Positions 24,503 to 39,700 are shown, counted from the first letter of the whole stretch. The stretch is DNA of 62,249 nt, filler included, from Platydemus manokwari (GCA_037951405.1; 5 parts of 5 records of this genome joined end to end with filler, not necessarily neighbours in it), one strand, 5' to 3'. Notes: generated from the letters alone by a model not told the origin. Program-made: numbers and translations.

Positions 24503-27195
24503 CCATCCTTTCCCATGTTGGTACATTTATCCTCGATCCAAATATAAATTTAAATGAAAATCGAAATGTATTTGATTATCGAGAAAAAACCGCAGATAAT
24601 ATAAAATTATATTTTCCATTCTACACTCGTGAAATTGCCCCTAATTTCTTGAATAAAATTTTTTATTTTATTTTTAAAATATATTTTATCCTGAAAACTT
24701 TCTTTCACAACTGCAGTACACATCGCCATTTAAGACATTGCTCCCACGCGATTTTTTCTCTGAGTTTCAATTAAATCTTGAATACCTTTATTTCGATTAA
24801 TATCATGTATTGTTCGATGCTTTTATCGCATGATTGAAAATCTTTCTTGATAGTAAAGGAAAAGCTAATCTATTAAAGTGTCAACTTCTATATCTAGCAA
24901 AGCGAATATTTCCTTGATTCTTCTTCCAATATCATCGATGATCTGATAGCATTATAATTGTTTTGATAAAGTAAGCTATTTAGTAGATTTTTCTCTTCTT
25001 AATTAATCGAATTGGCCTTACTGGTTTGAAGATAAAATAATCTAAAAATATTTATTGAAGAGGTACAGAAAGAGAAATGATCAAAATACTGAAAAATAGA
25101 AAATCCTCAAACAGAAACTGAAATTTAGTAGATTAATAGGTACATTTATCAAAATATAGTATTGATTTCTCTCATAAGTTTTATAATGAAAAGACACCAT
25201 CACACAAGTTTATCAAGCAATAATGATTATTTCATCTCATATGATTTTTAATTCTTGATATTAATCTTGATTCAACAAATGTGCTTATCACATGGGGATC
25301 ATACAGAAACCATACATTCCAGCCAATTCCTTTAGATTACAAACCAATTACATTCATTAAATTTAGTAATTGAAAAGATTCACACAAAACTATGTCACGG
25401 TCACTCATGACAGATAAGAAAAGATTGACAAAAGTTCCGAATTTAGCTTATTTAAAACTTCATTATTTTCGCAAGTGATATTTTACGTCAAGTTTTATTC
25501 GATTTTTAGAAGTTTGATTTCTACATGTTGTGGTGTTAAATTTTTTGATTGGTTAGGATATGTTTGAAACTGTTTAGATTTATGGATGAATATTTATCAA
25601 TTTGAGTGGATGGGTTTGATGGTACGATGATATTGCTCTGGGTTATTGATTGGTTTCTCAGATGTGTATATATTTTTGTATTCACATACGATCTCATAAA
25701 ATACGCATCGAAAACAAAAAGAAAAATCACAAAACATAAAAGTATATTCAATAAATTATATAAATGCATTAAGTTTTTAACATAGATTCCGAATATAATT
25801 ATTACTAATTCCAAATCTTTTCAAAATGGTCATCTATCTAATTTTTCTTTTCTGTCGAGATATTAAATATGAAAATACTTGACCGGATTGTTTCTGTATT
25901 TCGACATCGTGGGTGCTACTTGTTATTGTGAAACCAAATGCTATAACGGATCTTAACACCAAAAAAAAGAGCCACTTATTCGATATATAAAGTTCAAGAT
26001 TTTGTTGTTCTGAATAAAAATCCATATGGTTCTGATTGGTATTTTTCTGATTATGTATGTCGAATATGCAATTATATTTTTACGCAGCATAATCTAATGA
26101 GCAGAATCCATTATGTTATCCTAATTAATCCATATTAAACCAGTAGCTTTATCACAATACCGATCAAATTATTATGTATTCATATTAATGAGCCAATCAT
26201 TCACAGAAATCTTGTAATAATAAGAGTTGAATCAAAATTTCGCCCTCCGCAAACTCCCAATATTTTTCTTAACACTGTTCGATTCATATTCAAGTTTGAA
26301 ATTCAAAAATATTCTTTCAACTGATAAGATAACACGCAATGTTAGTGACAGCTTACAAAGAGTTTGAATATATTTACCATTAAATACGATGTGTTTTTTG
26401 AGTGAATTTTATCGATCAGAAGATTATCAGTAAAACATTGATATTTTATGGAATATTCGACCATAAACATGTCTACAAATCATCAATATTGTATCAAACA
26501 TTAACGGACCGAATCTGATAAAAAAATCTTTATTATTTTATTATTATTATTATTAACGATTATTTCCACTTGAAGGATTCTCATGAATGCCTCAATAATT
26601 CACTTGTTTCTCTTTATCATTTCCTCATTCTTCTAATAAAGAGCACATATTGGATTTCAAAACACTATCTATTGTACCATCAATCATCATTTGATATCTC
26701 AGTGATTGATCCAATTAAGAATATCGATTATTTCTGACCACAAATTCCCGCAACATTAAACATGGTTTCAAAAACTTGTTTTTCTTTCCAATGAGTTTTA
26801 CTTTTGCCATGCAAATGAAGGAAACCTGATCCGATGGGTATGTATGAAGTAATTTCATTAATGTACTTTTACCATTTTAATGTTGCTTTATTATAAATTC
26901 ATAAAAAATGATGTTTTTATTCAGAAAATAGAACCCGAAAATATAGTTCCACCGGACAAAAAATCAAAAAATCATTCGGTCAAAGATAAATCACGGCTGG
27001 ATCAACTTTTTATCAAAAGATTTATTTATGCATTTAATTTTATTGAAGATATTTTATTAAGGACCAAAGGAAAACGATTTCAGAAATTAAACTATAAAAG
27101 TATTTTTCACAACAATATTTATAGTTTATTTATAATATATAGCTTATTTACCAAGCCATAAGAATTGAGTATAGAAATATTCTCTCTTCATCGAA

Positions 27196-27224
27196 AACAC
27201 ATTAACACACACTAACACACACTA

Positions 27225-27274
<50 letters not shown>
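27196..27274. repeat. Compound (CA)n(TA)n microsatellite
   Basis: Interrupted CA run followed directly by a TA run. Confidence 0.95.
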
Positions 27275-27278
<4 letters not shown>

Positions 27279-30200
27279 AAAATATGAAGATATATAATTA
27301 TTTATAATTTCAAATTGCAAACAAATAGTAGAAATTTTAGAAATTCTGTAAAACCATAACAATTACTATGGGTACATATCGATTAGTTTTCTTTTAAAAA
27401 TGATGAAGAAATCAATAATTGAGATACTTATTTTTATTAATATTCTTTACTTTAAATTTCCACTAATGTATTGTTAATCGATACAGTCCATTTATTTTTA
27501 ATTAATCGATTTTTTCCAATATCTTCCGATAATATCAGATTTAAATCAAGAAATATCTGAAATTCAATGAGAGAATTTTTTCGTTCAAATGTTTTCCATC
27601 AATTGATTCTAAAGTTTAAAAAAAATGAAAATATTTACTAGATATTTTCCTCTGTTCTCTCAATTACTTTTTCAATCACTCACTCCTAATATATCCGGTA
27701 TTTGAGCCTTGACAAAAGGTGAACAGAAGTGGAGAAAGAAAATAAATATTGAAAACTCCATTAAGACAAAGCGATAAAAGCAAAAGATATTTTTGTCAAG
27801 AAACCTGTTTTACGTTTCTCGTCGATTTACAATCAACTCCATAGGCTGGCATAATAAAGCAACGATTACATTGAAATTATTCGCCACAAAATGATCAATC
27901 GTCTAAGAAACCACAGATAAAGAAAATATATCTTTATATTTATATCGTACTGGCATTTCTTATCAATTTGGAATCATCGTCCAAGGTGATTTTCTTTTTA
28001 GCAAACATTTTATAACAATATTTCCATTAAATATGATAGAAAATCTCAACCAGTTCCGTGTTGCAACTCAAATAAAGAAAGCCAATCAATTATTCATCAT
28101 TTGGTAGAAAAGATTTATTGAGGAAAAGACTTGTAAAAGAAAAAAAGACTGTCTAACAAAATGAACTGGCCTACGTTTTCTTGAAGTCTCAGTATCAATC
28201 ATTCTTAAAAATTACTTTTATTTTATTTTGACGTCATTCATAAACTACTCCATGTTTTTTGTAAAAAATTAAAACAAAACCCAATGTCACACGTGATATC
28301 TGTTGTTTTAATTCAAAGCACATTGAACACGATTTTTTAAATGGCAAAATAAAATTGTTTCACGATTAAAATAAAAATAATTATTTGTCAAAGCATTAAA
28401 TTCCTCACTCCACTTCTTTCCTTAAAATCCTTGATTTTCTTCACAATTCTTGTTATTGATTTCTGTGCTTATATTTTCAATTTTTAGGTATCTTGTATCG
28501 ATTTCTAGCCATATTGATCTACGTGGAAAACTTTTTTCTATAACTTCTATGCAATCTGTATTCTCTGCATATTTATCGATTTACTTAGTTCATTGATCCA
28601 ACTGATTCCCAAAGCCAATTCTGAAAATATTTCGCTCTGGTATCTGAAGGTTTCTTGTTATTCTTTTAGATATTTAAGCCTCAATGTTTTATAAACAAAA
28701 AACAATAATATTTTCTTATAAACAATGATTATAAGGTTAGCCAGGATAAAGCGGGGTTTATAAATAAGAGCCTTTCTTTCGATTGGCTCCAACATCACAG
28801 AAGGCCTCTTCTCGTTAATTTATGTGCCCGTCCAGCTAGATTTCATTGTCCTCAAATTGAAAGCTTAAGTCTAATTGTGAAAATTCATCATCATTACTTT
28901 GGCCTGTGTAAACTGCCATTACACGATGGATGCGTTGATATTTATGCATTTCATGGCTAATTTGTTTATAGTTTGTTGTGATAGTCCGAGTTTTATTTTA
29001 TCAATGTTCCGAGCATTCCAACAATTATTCTGTGGAGTTTTTTTCTAATAGTCTTCGGATTTCTCGAGATTTCTTTGGAGAATAACCGTTATATTTATCT
29101 ACTTACAAAATATCGTGTTTATTATATTGACTGTTATGATATCAGAAAAAATGAAATCCAATTCATCTCAAGATCATTGTAATTAAATGAGAAAAAATCT
29201 CAATATCATGATAAACGTATTTTTTCAATATTTTTTTTCATAATTTCTATCGATCTACTTTCTAATTGTAATCAACCATTCATAAGACAGGATTAAAAAT
29301 CGGAATTTTGAATTGCCTTTAATTTAAGCTAATATTCGAATTAGACAAATCTGAATTAAAAGAAATTTCAGTTTCATTTTGTATTTTGAACAAATGAAAA
29401 CACTTACATAATAGAATTACAGACAACACATTGTTTTATTTAACTGCCATATATGTATAATATGAAATCACTCATATTAAATTAAATTTTCTTTCTAAAT
29501 CTCATTTATAGAACAAAAATTTTTGGTACTGTTTTCTTCTTTGTTAAATCATCTCAAAACCTGAAATATGAAATTGGTGTCGCGCATTATCTAAAGACAT
29601 ATGCAGTGTTAGCTGCTACTATTTTAAAAATCACACATTGAAAACAAACTGAAAAGTCAAGACACCAACAATCTAATTAAACACAAATATTTCAACAAAT
29701 AAATTTAATTTTATATAAATATGACTTCATATCAAATTAGAATTAAATTAGAATTAAAAATTTAATTCATTTGAAAATATCTCACATGCTTAATAAACAT
29801 TTATCCAACAATAGGAAATGAAGCAACACCTTAAAGTCAATTAAATAGAACAGGGAATTCTTGCAAATTATTTCATAACATGAAATCGGAAAATCTCTTA
29901 TTGTCATATTTCGAGTTAAAATGGTATGGAAAATTGTTTCAATAATATCCTGCTTTGTACAATCTCAATAGATGGAAAAATAAATTAGAGGAAAAAAATG
30001 TCAAATAAATCGTAGTTTCATAAATCTACCTCTTAAAATAATCTCAACTTGAAAAAAAAACTGGAAAGCATCTCAAGGAAAAATTTTCATCTTACTGGAG
30101 GTGATAATTCCACTCGTTTTCATGGAACAGCTGAAATTTGTAATTACGCTGTAAGATATTTTTCAAAACTAAATCGGTTTTATTTATTACAATGTCGGAT

Positions 30201-30803
30201 AAAAATCGCAAAATGTTTTAATAATAATTAGATTTTTTGATAGAGAAATTATATGTGATATTGAGAATTGTCATTTCAGTTTCATGGTTTAAGGACAAAT
30301 TAAAAATTAGGATGTGGTTATTTTTTTAAATAAGATTGATGAAGGTTTATGAAAGTTGTTTTCTAAAATAAATCCTTGACAATTCTTTACTTCTTAATAT
30401 TTGTCGATTGTATTGCGAGCCCGTATTGGCAAATGCCTGAGAAACTCAGTATGTTAGAAGTGTAGAATTCGTTAAATAAGGTGTTATTTAATAAAATTAT
30501 AAAAACTTTAAGAAACTTTTAATTATTTTATTGATATCGTAGCTAATGTATTTTAGTAAAAAACAATATTATATGAATATCATTGAATTCAACATAAAAG
30601 TATGCGCAGTTATCGTGAAATCTGTACTATTAATTAAAATGTTGAATTAATTTTATTAAAATCCTAAATAGGTGATATGTTATCGTGTAAACATTTGTCA
30701 GCTATAGCTACATCAGAAAAATCTTGAGATTTATTAGAATTATTCATTGATAATTTCTATAAAATATATTGCCATTGTGAGAACATTAAAATTTAATTAT
30801 ATC

Positions 30804-31673
30804 GGTTTTTATTTAGGATTTAATTTTATATAAGATTTGATTTTGTATAAAATTATATTTATTTGTTTAAATAATGGTTTTTGAATACATAATTTATTGT
30901 CGTGTCTTTTCCGTTTGTTTTCATTGCGTCCTTTATATAATAGTAGTAGCTAGCATCCGGATTTGTTTCTGAGAAAATCAATGACTGTAAATTATGGAAA
31001 AGAAGGAACAAGATATTGAGACTACATAGAGAATCTCATACAATAATAACACACAATAACAGAAAAATGACGGCTTGTACACATGTAAAAGGATTACCAG
31101 TATAGGTATTTCTATTGTTATTGTTATCGTTTGTTGTTTATAAGATGTATTCATTTTTATGAAGTGGAAGTGAGCATCTATCTTGATTGATGAGAACATC
31201 TCGTTATGGAGAAAGCCATCGATTATAAGAAATCCATTATAGGATATGATATAAATATTATCTTGCATTTTCATTTTAGATCAGAAAAAAAAATCGCCAC
31301 GAAAATGGGTTTTAATATTGTTACATGGCTATATTCTGTTTTTTATATTTTAGCCTGGTAATTGATGAAAAACGAGATGATCGCGGAACGAGAGGATTGG
31401 ATTAAAGAAAAGCGCACTGTGAAAACCGACTACGAGGTACAAAAGTTAGTCTACAAAAAGCCAGAATTTCGCACTTTTTTGAAATAAATCCTTACATCTT
31501 CAGTTTTATAAAGAAGATATATAGATATAATTTTTACAGATTTGGTTTTATATAGGATTTAAATTTGTATAACATTATATTTTATTTATTTAGATAATAG
31601 TTTTTGAATATATAATTTATTGTCACGTCTTTTCAGTTTGTTTTCGATGAGTCTTTTATATAATAGCAGTAGC
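30804..31673. repeat. Two ~130-150 bp direct repeats flanking ~600 bp (third copy at ~9170-9285)
   Basis: AATTTATTGTC..GTCTTTTC.GTTTGTTTTC.....GTC.TTTATATAATAG at ~30890-30945 and ~31615-31665; similar CGTGTCTTTTCAGTTCGTTTTCGATGAG at 9239. Confidence 0.8.
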
Positions 31674-32893
31674 AAACAACCATTAAACATATTATTTAAA
31701 TAAATTAAAATATTTCCCATATATGTTTAGTTTCTTGTCAAAATTATAAATCCTAATAGATAAACATGAATATTTTAAAATTATTTTAAAATGCGTTTGT
31801 AAATAAATTCGTTTTGTTTTATTTTAGTCAAAACTATTGCAGTGAATTACAGCAAAATAAATTTCCAAATATAAATGGATACATTATGTTGGTGTTTTGA
31901 CAAGACTAACTAAAAATAAATATATATTTTATTAGTTTTTCGAGCAAGAGCTTATCCAATACATAAATACAACGAATAAGATAAGAAAAATGTAACAAGA
32001 CTAGATGATAAATGGGTTTCGTCGGCAACCTTATATTAATTCTATCGTTCGGATACGAAACCATGATTTTGTTCATGTGATAAAAACATTCAAAATTATT
32101 TTGCTACGAATAACTTTATTATTGAAATTATATCGTGATAATTTCCTTTTTGATTTAGATGATTCGTAAAACTTTTCATTTTTGATCCTTTCAACAACTG
32201 GTAAGGTATATCGACAAACAAAAAAAGCTGTTAAAAGAAGAGAATCAATTAATAAAAAATTTAAAATTATTAACTTTAAAAATTATATGTAATTATTACT
32301 CATTTTCTGTATTAAAATAGATGATTATGTAATAAAATAAAAGAAAACATAGAAAAACTGTGTAATATCATTTGTGGTGAATGTCAACCCATTCGTTAAT
32401 TTGATATCTCGTTCGATCTGTACATGGACAGTTCTAGTTAGCGTTGTTATTGGAAACAATTATATATAAACAAATACTTGTTTTGACAATCGAAAATGAG
32501 AATATCCGACTGAAAAGGCAAGTATATCAATTGTACATTCGATAAATGATTATTTAGATGAATTATATAAATTTTTGTGGATTTCAAAAGAGTTGCCTTT
32601 GTGGATTTACAGATCCATAAAGATAAATCAGATAAAATAAGATTTTATAATATAGAAATACTTCGAGTGAAGATGAATCGATAGTTAAACAGTCTCTTGT
32701 TTTAATAATAATTCTCCATGGTGACATTAAACGAGATTATGTTCAGTGAATATGTAACCCACAAAATTAAATATTTTATACAATATAAAAAATCCAGTTT
32801 TTACATAAATTGTTTTGATGCCCAATAGCCTTCAATTTAATTATATCATTTATTGATCTTTCATTAACATCTATTGATTTCATATCCAGTTAC

Positions 32894-35800
32894 CTTATAC
32901 TCTGTAGCACCTTAGCTTTGACTTTCGAAATATTTGAGCTGGAATTATTGTCGGGTTTTCTCTTGTATCGATAACACCATTCCAATAACATCAGAAATGG
33001 CACTGATCCGCCTAACGTTCCGCAAATTATTCCCAAAATTTCAGCTGTAAAACAAAAATCAAAAAATTATGAATTTTTGAAATAATTTATCTAATTAAAA
33101 CAATATTTTTCTCACACGGCTTATTAGTACAATCAATCATGTATGATATGTATTTGGTTATGTGAGTTCAACGTTGAAGTTAACAAGATTGATGGTTAAA
33201 AGCTAATCATATAAATGCATATGATTGATATGACGATTGGATCAAGTGGCAGCGATAACATTTCATTTAAACAAGTATTTGTTAAATTCAAATCTACCAA
33301 TAACGACTTCCTACAATATTTTTCAAATCAATTGCAAGGTCAATGCAGAGATCTTCCAGACAATTGATTTGTTCAGAATTTAATGAAGCCTATGCATTCA
33401 ATTTTTTATAAAGGAGTTCTATAATAATAATTAATAAATATTATTATAAAAAAGCATAAAAACTGAGAATATCTATGATAAAAATGAGTCTACTTAATGG
33501 AAATTGTTAAAAATATATTTATTATATCAAATTGACTACCACTTTTCGAATTTGAGTAAAAATTATTGGTTATATTCAGCTAACGGTGCTCAGTTGTCAA
33601 GAAAAGTAGGGCATGCAATACAAGGCTCTGCCAAATGATTTTTGAAAGAAATACCGTTAAGCCTTCAACCATCAACCTTTACCTCACAATGATCTAATCG
33701 GTATTAGCTTTCATATGGTGTTTGAAAACATGATTCACCGATTATGTATATTTTGATATCAATTTTACAACAAACGAAATCTTTTCATCTAATTCCAACT
33801 ATATTTTCGTCCAGAAATCAGATATTCGATACCGATCAATTTGATAGAAAAATCTGTAAATTAATTATGGGAATCTTTTCAAATCTTACAATCATAGAAA
33901 AATCATTACAAAATGAGAAGATATACCACTATTAAATAAAATTTAAAATTCAATACCATTCAATGAGCCTTTTTCTGTTCTCTGGACAGAATATTTATTC
34001 GTCTCTTTTTATATTTCATCAGATTTATTTTATTATTTTTGGGAATATATTTTACTTGAATATTTTTCATATGAAATTTGTAAAAATTGAGCAGAATTTG
34101 CTGACCTTATAAAAGATTATTTCTATTAATTCTGTAATCCTATCGATTATAAACCGGGAAATCTAATATTTGCAACACTGGTTAATAAGAGAAAACGAAA
34201 TCGAAACATCATTGAGTTACATCAGGTATCCGATGTGCTTCAGAATATTTTCTGTTCAAAAAAGACGCTACATCATTGAACCACCAGTTGTTCAGCTCTA
34301 TTCAGGATGAAATGAAGGTTTTTAAAAATCAGACAGGAAAGAAACCAATGGTTGAGATTTGTGATTGCATATACGCATGCGAAATTTATTTATCAAACCA
34401 TCGAAATGTCATGAAGTGAAATTGTTATTACAAAGTTATCATCAATATATTAATTCCTTTCAATAAAAGTATAAAACAGTCTACGACTGCTGCGCACACC
34501 ATCAACATTTGAATAGATTTCTGATTCCATATAAAGAGGAAATTTCCCAAAGACTTCGAATAGATGATTAAAAAAGTATTTCTGTTAATGAGTTTTTGAA
34601 TGGTTTAAAATGTTTTTAGTTACTCTTGGGGCTGTGATGAAAATCAATTTAAGATTATAATAATGGCATGAGTCCCAAAGGACTTGTACATTGTCTCCAC
34701 AAAGCGAAAAAAGAACAGAATATAAGGACAATAGAAAAATTATAAGTATAATTATATTAATGTAATTATTGAAATCATTTCTGATAATCTCTCATTTGTT
34801 CATTGCAAGTCCGATAATTGTTGTCAAGTACTTTCAGCAATTAATTCACCATTTATAATTCGCCATTAATATACAGTGAGACTCTATCAAGAATCATTTT
34901 AACTCCATTACACTACCATGGACTTTACCAGTGAAATTTCTTGTTGAATTACTCCTCATGATGCGACCATTGAAACGAAATTTCTCACGTTAGCCGGATA
35001 GAGATGTTTTAAAGAATCAAATATTTCCTTGATCACAGCTTCATTCGAAATATGTTACTCTTAATCAGCAACGGTCTCGTTGAACAAATGATATAAAAAT
35101 ATTTTACTGATCATGGAATAATGTATATTTTGAGACTCATTTAAACAAAAAGAATTTTATATTTATTAATATATAAGCATAACACACACACACAAATCGA
35201 AATTAATTTTAGCAAAAATAATTTAAAAAAAAAAACAAAAAAAAGAAAATCAAAATATTAATATACCTATTCGATGATAGTTGGAGAATTGATTTTTGAT
35301 TTGTTTCAATGATTCAGAGAATGGTTGTGGGATAATTTCGATTTCAATGGTTGCCAAGCTAAAGAAAATTACGAATCAATATCGATAATTAGTTGACTTA
35401 TTATTTTCTCCAGTTCAAGTTGCCATTGGCAATGGCAATATAATAAAATAAGTGATACTTCAATTGATCAATGATATATCATTAGTAAAACAAACACTGA
35501 TTTCAATATCACACTTAATTATTGGAAAATTCTGCTTTTTTCCCATCAGAAATACTGATTTCAATATTTAAAAAAAAGGGAAAACGATTTCTTCACTTGC
35601 GCTATGATTGGAAAATATTTCACCAAAATTTTGATTAGAACGAACAATGAAAATCCCCGCCCGATAAAATCTAGTGTTGACTTGATTTGATTTTTTTATT
35701 CTTTATAAATTTAACCTCATAAATTGTCTTAGATCGATTTTGGGTTTGTGATGAGAATATAATAGAAGACCCTGATCAACAAATCGATAAAGAAGTAAGG

Positions 35801-38800
35801 GGAAAAATCGTTCTTATATATTAATAAATTTTCAAAGTAATCTCCAGTAATGTATTGGGATGGATATGAAATTCATGATGAAAATTGGAATGAAAACATT
35901 ATTTTTGTTGGATCAGTTGATTTTTTTCTGCATCAGAATGATTATCAAATAATCGGTGGATTTTATTAGTTAATTTTAATGGTTTGTCTGTGATATAATT
36001 TATTTCAAATTTGGCGACTCGAGATTTCATAAATATTTTAATCGATAAACAAGCCCGGAATTTGTAATTAGCTGAATATATTAATTTCGTTATTTTATTA
36101 TTTATAAAATGCATATCATTTTTACATTCTTTATTAGTGATGGCATTCAAATCTAAATTTATCGCGATTATTTGAAATAGTTAAAGAATTTTTTTTTACT
36201 TGAGGCAATGCTTAGAAAATTATGTGGTATGCAATTGCATTGACATCGTTAGGCATCATTTTTATAAATTGAAGATATAAATGCGTGCGATGATTTATTA
36301 TTTATGTGGAGTTCATTATATGCATAACTATTGAATTATTTGTTACGAGCACCTACTATCAATCAATAAATTTTATCGCTTTTTTGCAGTACAAAATAAT
36401 ATCCATGGTTTGATTTTTGTACACCTGGATGATTTGAAAAAGGCTCGAAAAACGTTACTAAAGGGTTTCTATTCTTTATTTTATTGACTGATAAATATTT
36501 TTATAAGGACGTTAAATGTTTTCGCTTGAAGACAGAAAACCTTGATAATTTAAAATATAGATTCTTGAGGAACAACTGTTGAAGCAGGAGTCAGCAAACA
36601 TTTTAGGCTATTAGACCGTTAAGCAGGGTTGTGAAGGTGCACTAGACCAGAGAAAACAAATTGTTCAATGTGTAATATCAACACAAGACTAATATACAAT
36701 CAATCGGAAACATGTTGCTTTTCACGATACTGGTAATATCTGGTTCTACTGTTGATGAATTTAACAGCAGAATGTCAGTAAAGTTAGCTGAGAGCGTAGC
36801 TTATTCTTGCGAAATTTCATTTCGAAGTAGAGCTACTTGCACGAATAAGTGCTACCAAACATTTACAATGACACACTTATCACGAGCCAACAGTTTTTGG
36901 AACTGAGAACGTGATAGCTGACGATTGGAGTCAGCAAGAGTGTTGTCAGAAAATTTTGACTAGAGAACAGAAGCTTGGAGTTCAGTTATCAATAACAAAG
37001 TAAAAGAGATAAAAAAATGTAATAATAATACGACACTTATTGATAATTTTGAGTTTGAGTCCGAAATCATATCATTGGATATTTCAAAAGCATTTCCTCA
37101 AGAGAGCATTTTCAATACATCTATAAGAGGAAATGGTTAGTTTGGTCCGCATTTACTTTAGTTGGTTTTTAAAATTATGAGCAAACATTTTCTATATTTT
37201 ACACTGTCCGCCCTTTTTCAGTTACAAACTATAAATTTCAACGAAATTTCTCATAATTATCACAAATCTTGGCAAAAATCAATTTTCAAAAACAAGAAAA
37301 CTCAGCATCGTTATCGATTTTTTAATAAAAATTAGCTATAATTAAAATTAAATAAAAATCCATAAAATTCGATTTGAAAATCAATCAAAACACAAATTTA
37401 ATTTTTCTTAAATTAATCATTAAATTTTTTCAAATAAATATATGAAAAATAATTGAAGCATTACACCCACATTTTTTAAATATTTAATTTTCTTCTTATA
37501 ATCATACACTACATTTATTTCTGTATTTTCCATCTCATATTATCTGTATACTCTAAATCTATATTTGTTCTCTACACATTATATCATCCATTAATCCACC
37601 ATATATATATATAGGGTGTCCAAAGGTTTTCAACCGGTTTGATAAGATAAACGAGCCACGCTATCGAACAGCAGCTATTCTTTGATTTTTATCAAGTGTA
37701 AAGGCCATATTATAGGACGAAAAATGTCAATGACTTTAACACAAGATTTAACACAAGCGGCAGACAGATTGTGTGCGATGTTCAGCACGTATTTAACAAT
37801 TATATTGGTAGTGCGTCAGTGGTTTTTTTGATTAAATTATTCTCATAGTTCTCATTCATTATACAATAAAATTCATTGAAAACCGATTTTCTTTTATCTT
37901 ATAAAATCTTATCTTATAAGAAGAACATTTTGAACCTTTCCGTTAGCATTTATCACTGTTGCATTCTAATTTCTTTCGTATTAATCATTATTGCATCTTT
38001 GGTTCATTCATAGTTATCATTGTGCTAGCAGTTCTCATTCATCACACGATAAAAGTCATTGAAAATTCATCGAACAACAGCGATTTTTATCGAGTCTAAA
38101 GGCCATATTCTGGGACGAAAAACTTAAATGACTTTAACAAACTATTGACCGACAAGCGGTACGATGTTCAGCACGTATTTAGCAATCACACTGATAGTGC
38201 GTCAGTGGTTTTTATGACTAAATTATTCTCATAGTTCACATTCATCATACAATGTAATTCATTGAAAACCTACATTCCTTTATCTTATAAATTCTGGCGA
38301 AACTTTTTGGACACCCTGTATTCATTATATACATTTCTAACACTGATATGCTAAATTTATAAAGTGAGTGCCATGTTAGGTGCTACCATTTCATAAAATT
38401 ATTTAAAATTTTATCAAAATTAGTTTTATCAAACCAATTATTTTTTATTTTCACTTTTTATTTTTTTATATTTACTTTTATTGTTTTTTAATATAAATAT
38501 ATTCGTCTGTTTCGAATTAATTGATTTTACAATCCTCACGGTTACCAAATAACCACATAAAAATCAGTGGTTGTTCTTCTGTTGAATTAATTACCAAAAC
38601 AGATCTCACAATTCATTCGATAATTCAATACAAAGGCTTATCAATGTCTTATAAAAACATTAAGATGCCACGTGTAGCTTCAATTTTAAATCAAATAAAT
38701 TTTTAAATGGAAATCGATAAAGTGAAATGCGATGGATTATTCGTCAAATAAATGGAATATTTAAAACTTTTTTCTAAATCGTCTAGTAAGTGATTTCTTG

Positions 38801-39700
38801 AGGAAAGTAACTGAAAATAATTAATTTTAAAAAACGGTTGTAGAAATAAAAGGAAATCGATTTTAATAAAGAGAAAATCAAAACGTTTTATTTTATCGAT
38901 TAATAGTCTCAAAAATTCCACTTCAATGTTATGATTACATTAAATAAAAATAATTTCAAAAATGGAAAGAGTAGAAATATAAAGTTTTACTCACTTCATC
39001 TTTTGAGTTATAACGAGAGCTTGATGTACTGATTGATAAATGATAGGATATATAGGAAATGAATTAAAGTAAACATGAAACAGCGATCAATAAATAGTTC
39101 TTAAGATTATTCTCTGTTTTCAAATTTAATATAGACATCATTAAAACAAATAATGCTGCTTTATTACAAGATTATTTTTGAAAAGAATTCAATTTTAAGT
39201 ATCTATGGTTATCATTCTATAAATTCCTACTCTGACCCTCAATTCGATCGATTTTCTAATCCAGAATTTCGGTAAATAGCAAACAAAAAACTTGAAATAA
39301 ACCAGATTTTAAATTGATCTTTTATAAATTCAGATGACATTATTATGACAAATATTACGAAAATATAAAATATAAAAGATCTCAAATCGAAATCTCGAAG
39401 TTTTCCTTTGACTGGATGACTCATAAGCGAATTGAGCCGTCTTTTATTTTTTTTGCAAAAAAAACTTTTCACTTTCTGTGAGAATTATTCTCTTTTCTAT
39501 GGGCTTCCGGTGAAATAATAAATTTGAATGTATTGAAGGTTTTATCGTTAGAAATAAATTATTATTTCCTTCTCAAACTTGAAAATTCTCATTGTAATTC
39601 GACAATGAATTTTTGTATGGAAAAATTCAAAATTGACCTTCATCATTAATAATAATAAATTTTTGATTGAGAGAAATTTTATGAAGAATTCACTGAACCA
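32894..39700 (-). pseudogene. Decayed type I membrane (cadherin-like) gene with two intact terminal exons
   Basis: Phase-compatible exons 35358-35267 (LATIEIEIIPQPFSE..) and 33044-32894 (EILGIICGTLGGSVPFLMLLEWCYRYKRK, TM + basic stop-transfer). Upstream stop-containing peptides FKIEATRGILMFL*DID, KLRDFDL, LFAIYRNSG, FHIHPNT, IEISISDG resemble cadherin repeats. Confidence 0.4.
37612..38318. mobile_element. Tc1/mariner-type MITE with internal duplication
   Basis: TA-flanked TIRs TAGGGTGTCCAAA / TTTGGACACCCTG; ~210-bp internal direct repeat at ~37690-37905 and ~38085-38292. Confidence 0.8.

Noticed and set aside
24900-25310. Possible FkbM-methyltransferase-like peptides (LYDPHVDKHI, SDHR, NQGN) on the minus strand
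   Set aside because: The SAM-binding DIGAN motif is absent and several frameshifts are needed.
25830-28200. Several coding-like patches on the minus strand
   Set aside because: Multiple stops in all frames and no identifiable family.
35419-35433. X-box-like palindrome GTTGCCATTGGCAAT
   Set aside because: It lies in decayed coding-like sequence with no ciliary gene start nearby.
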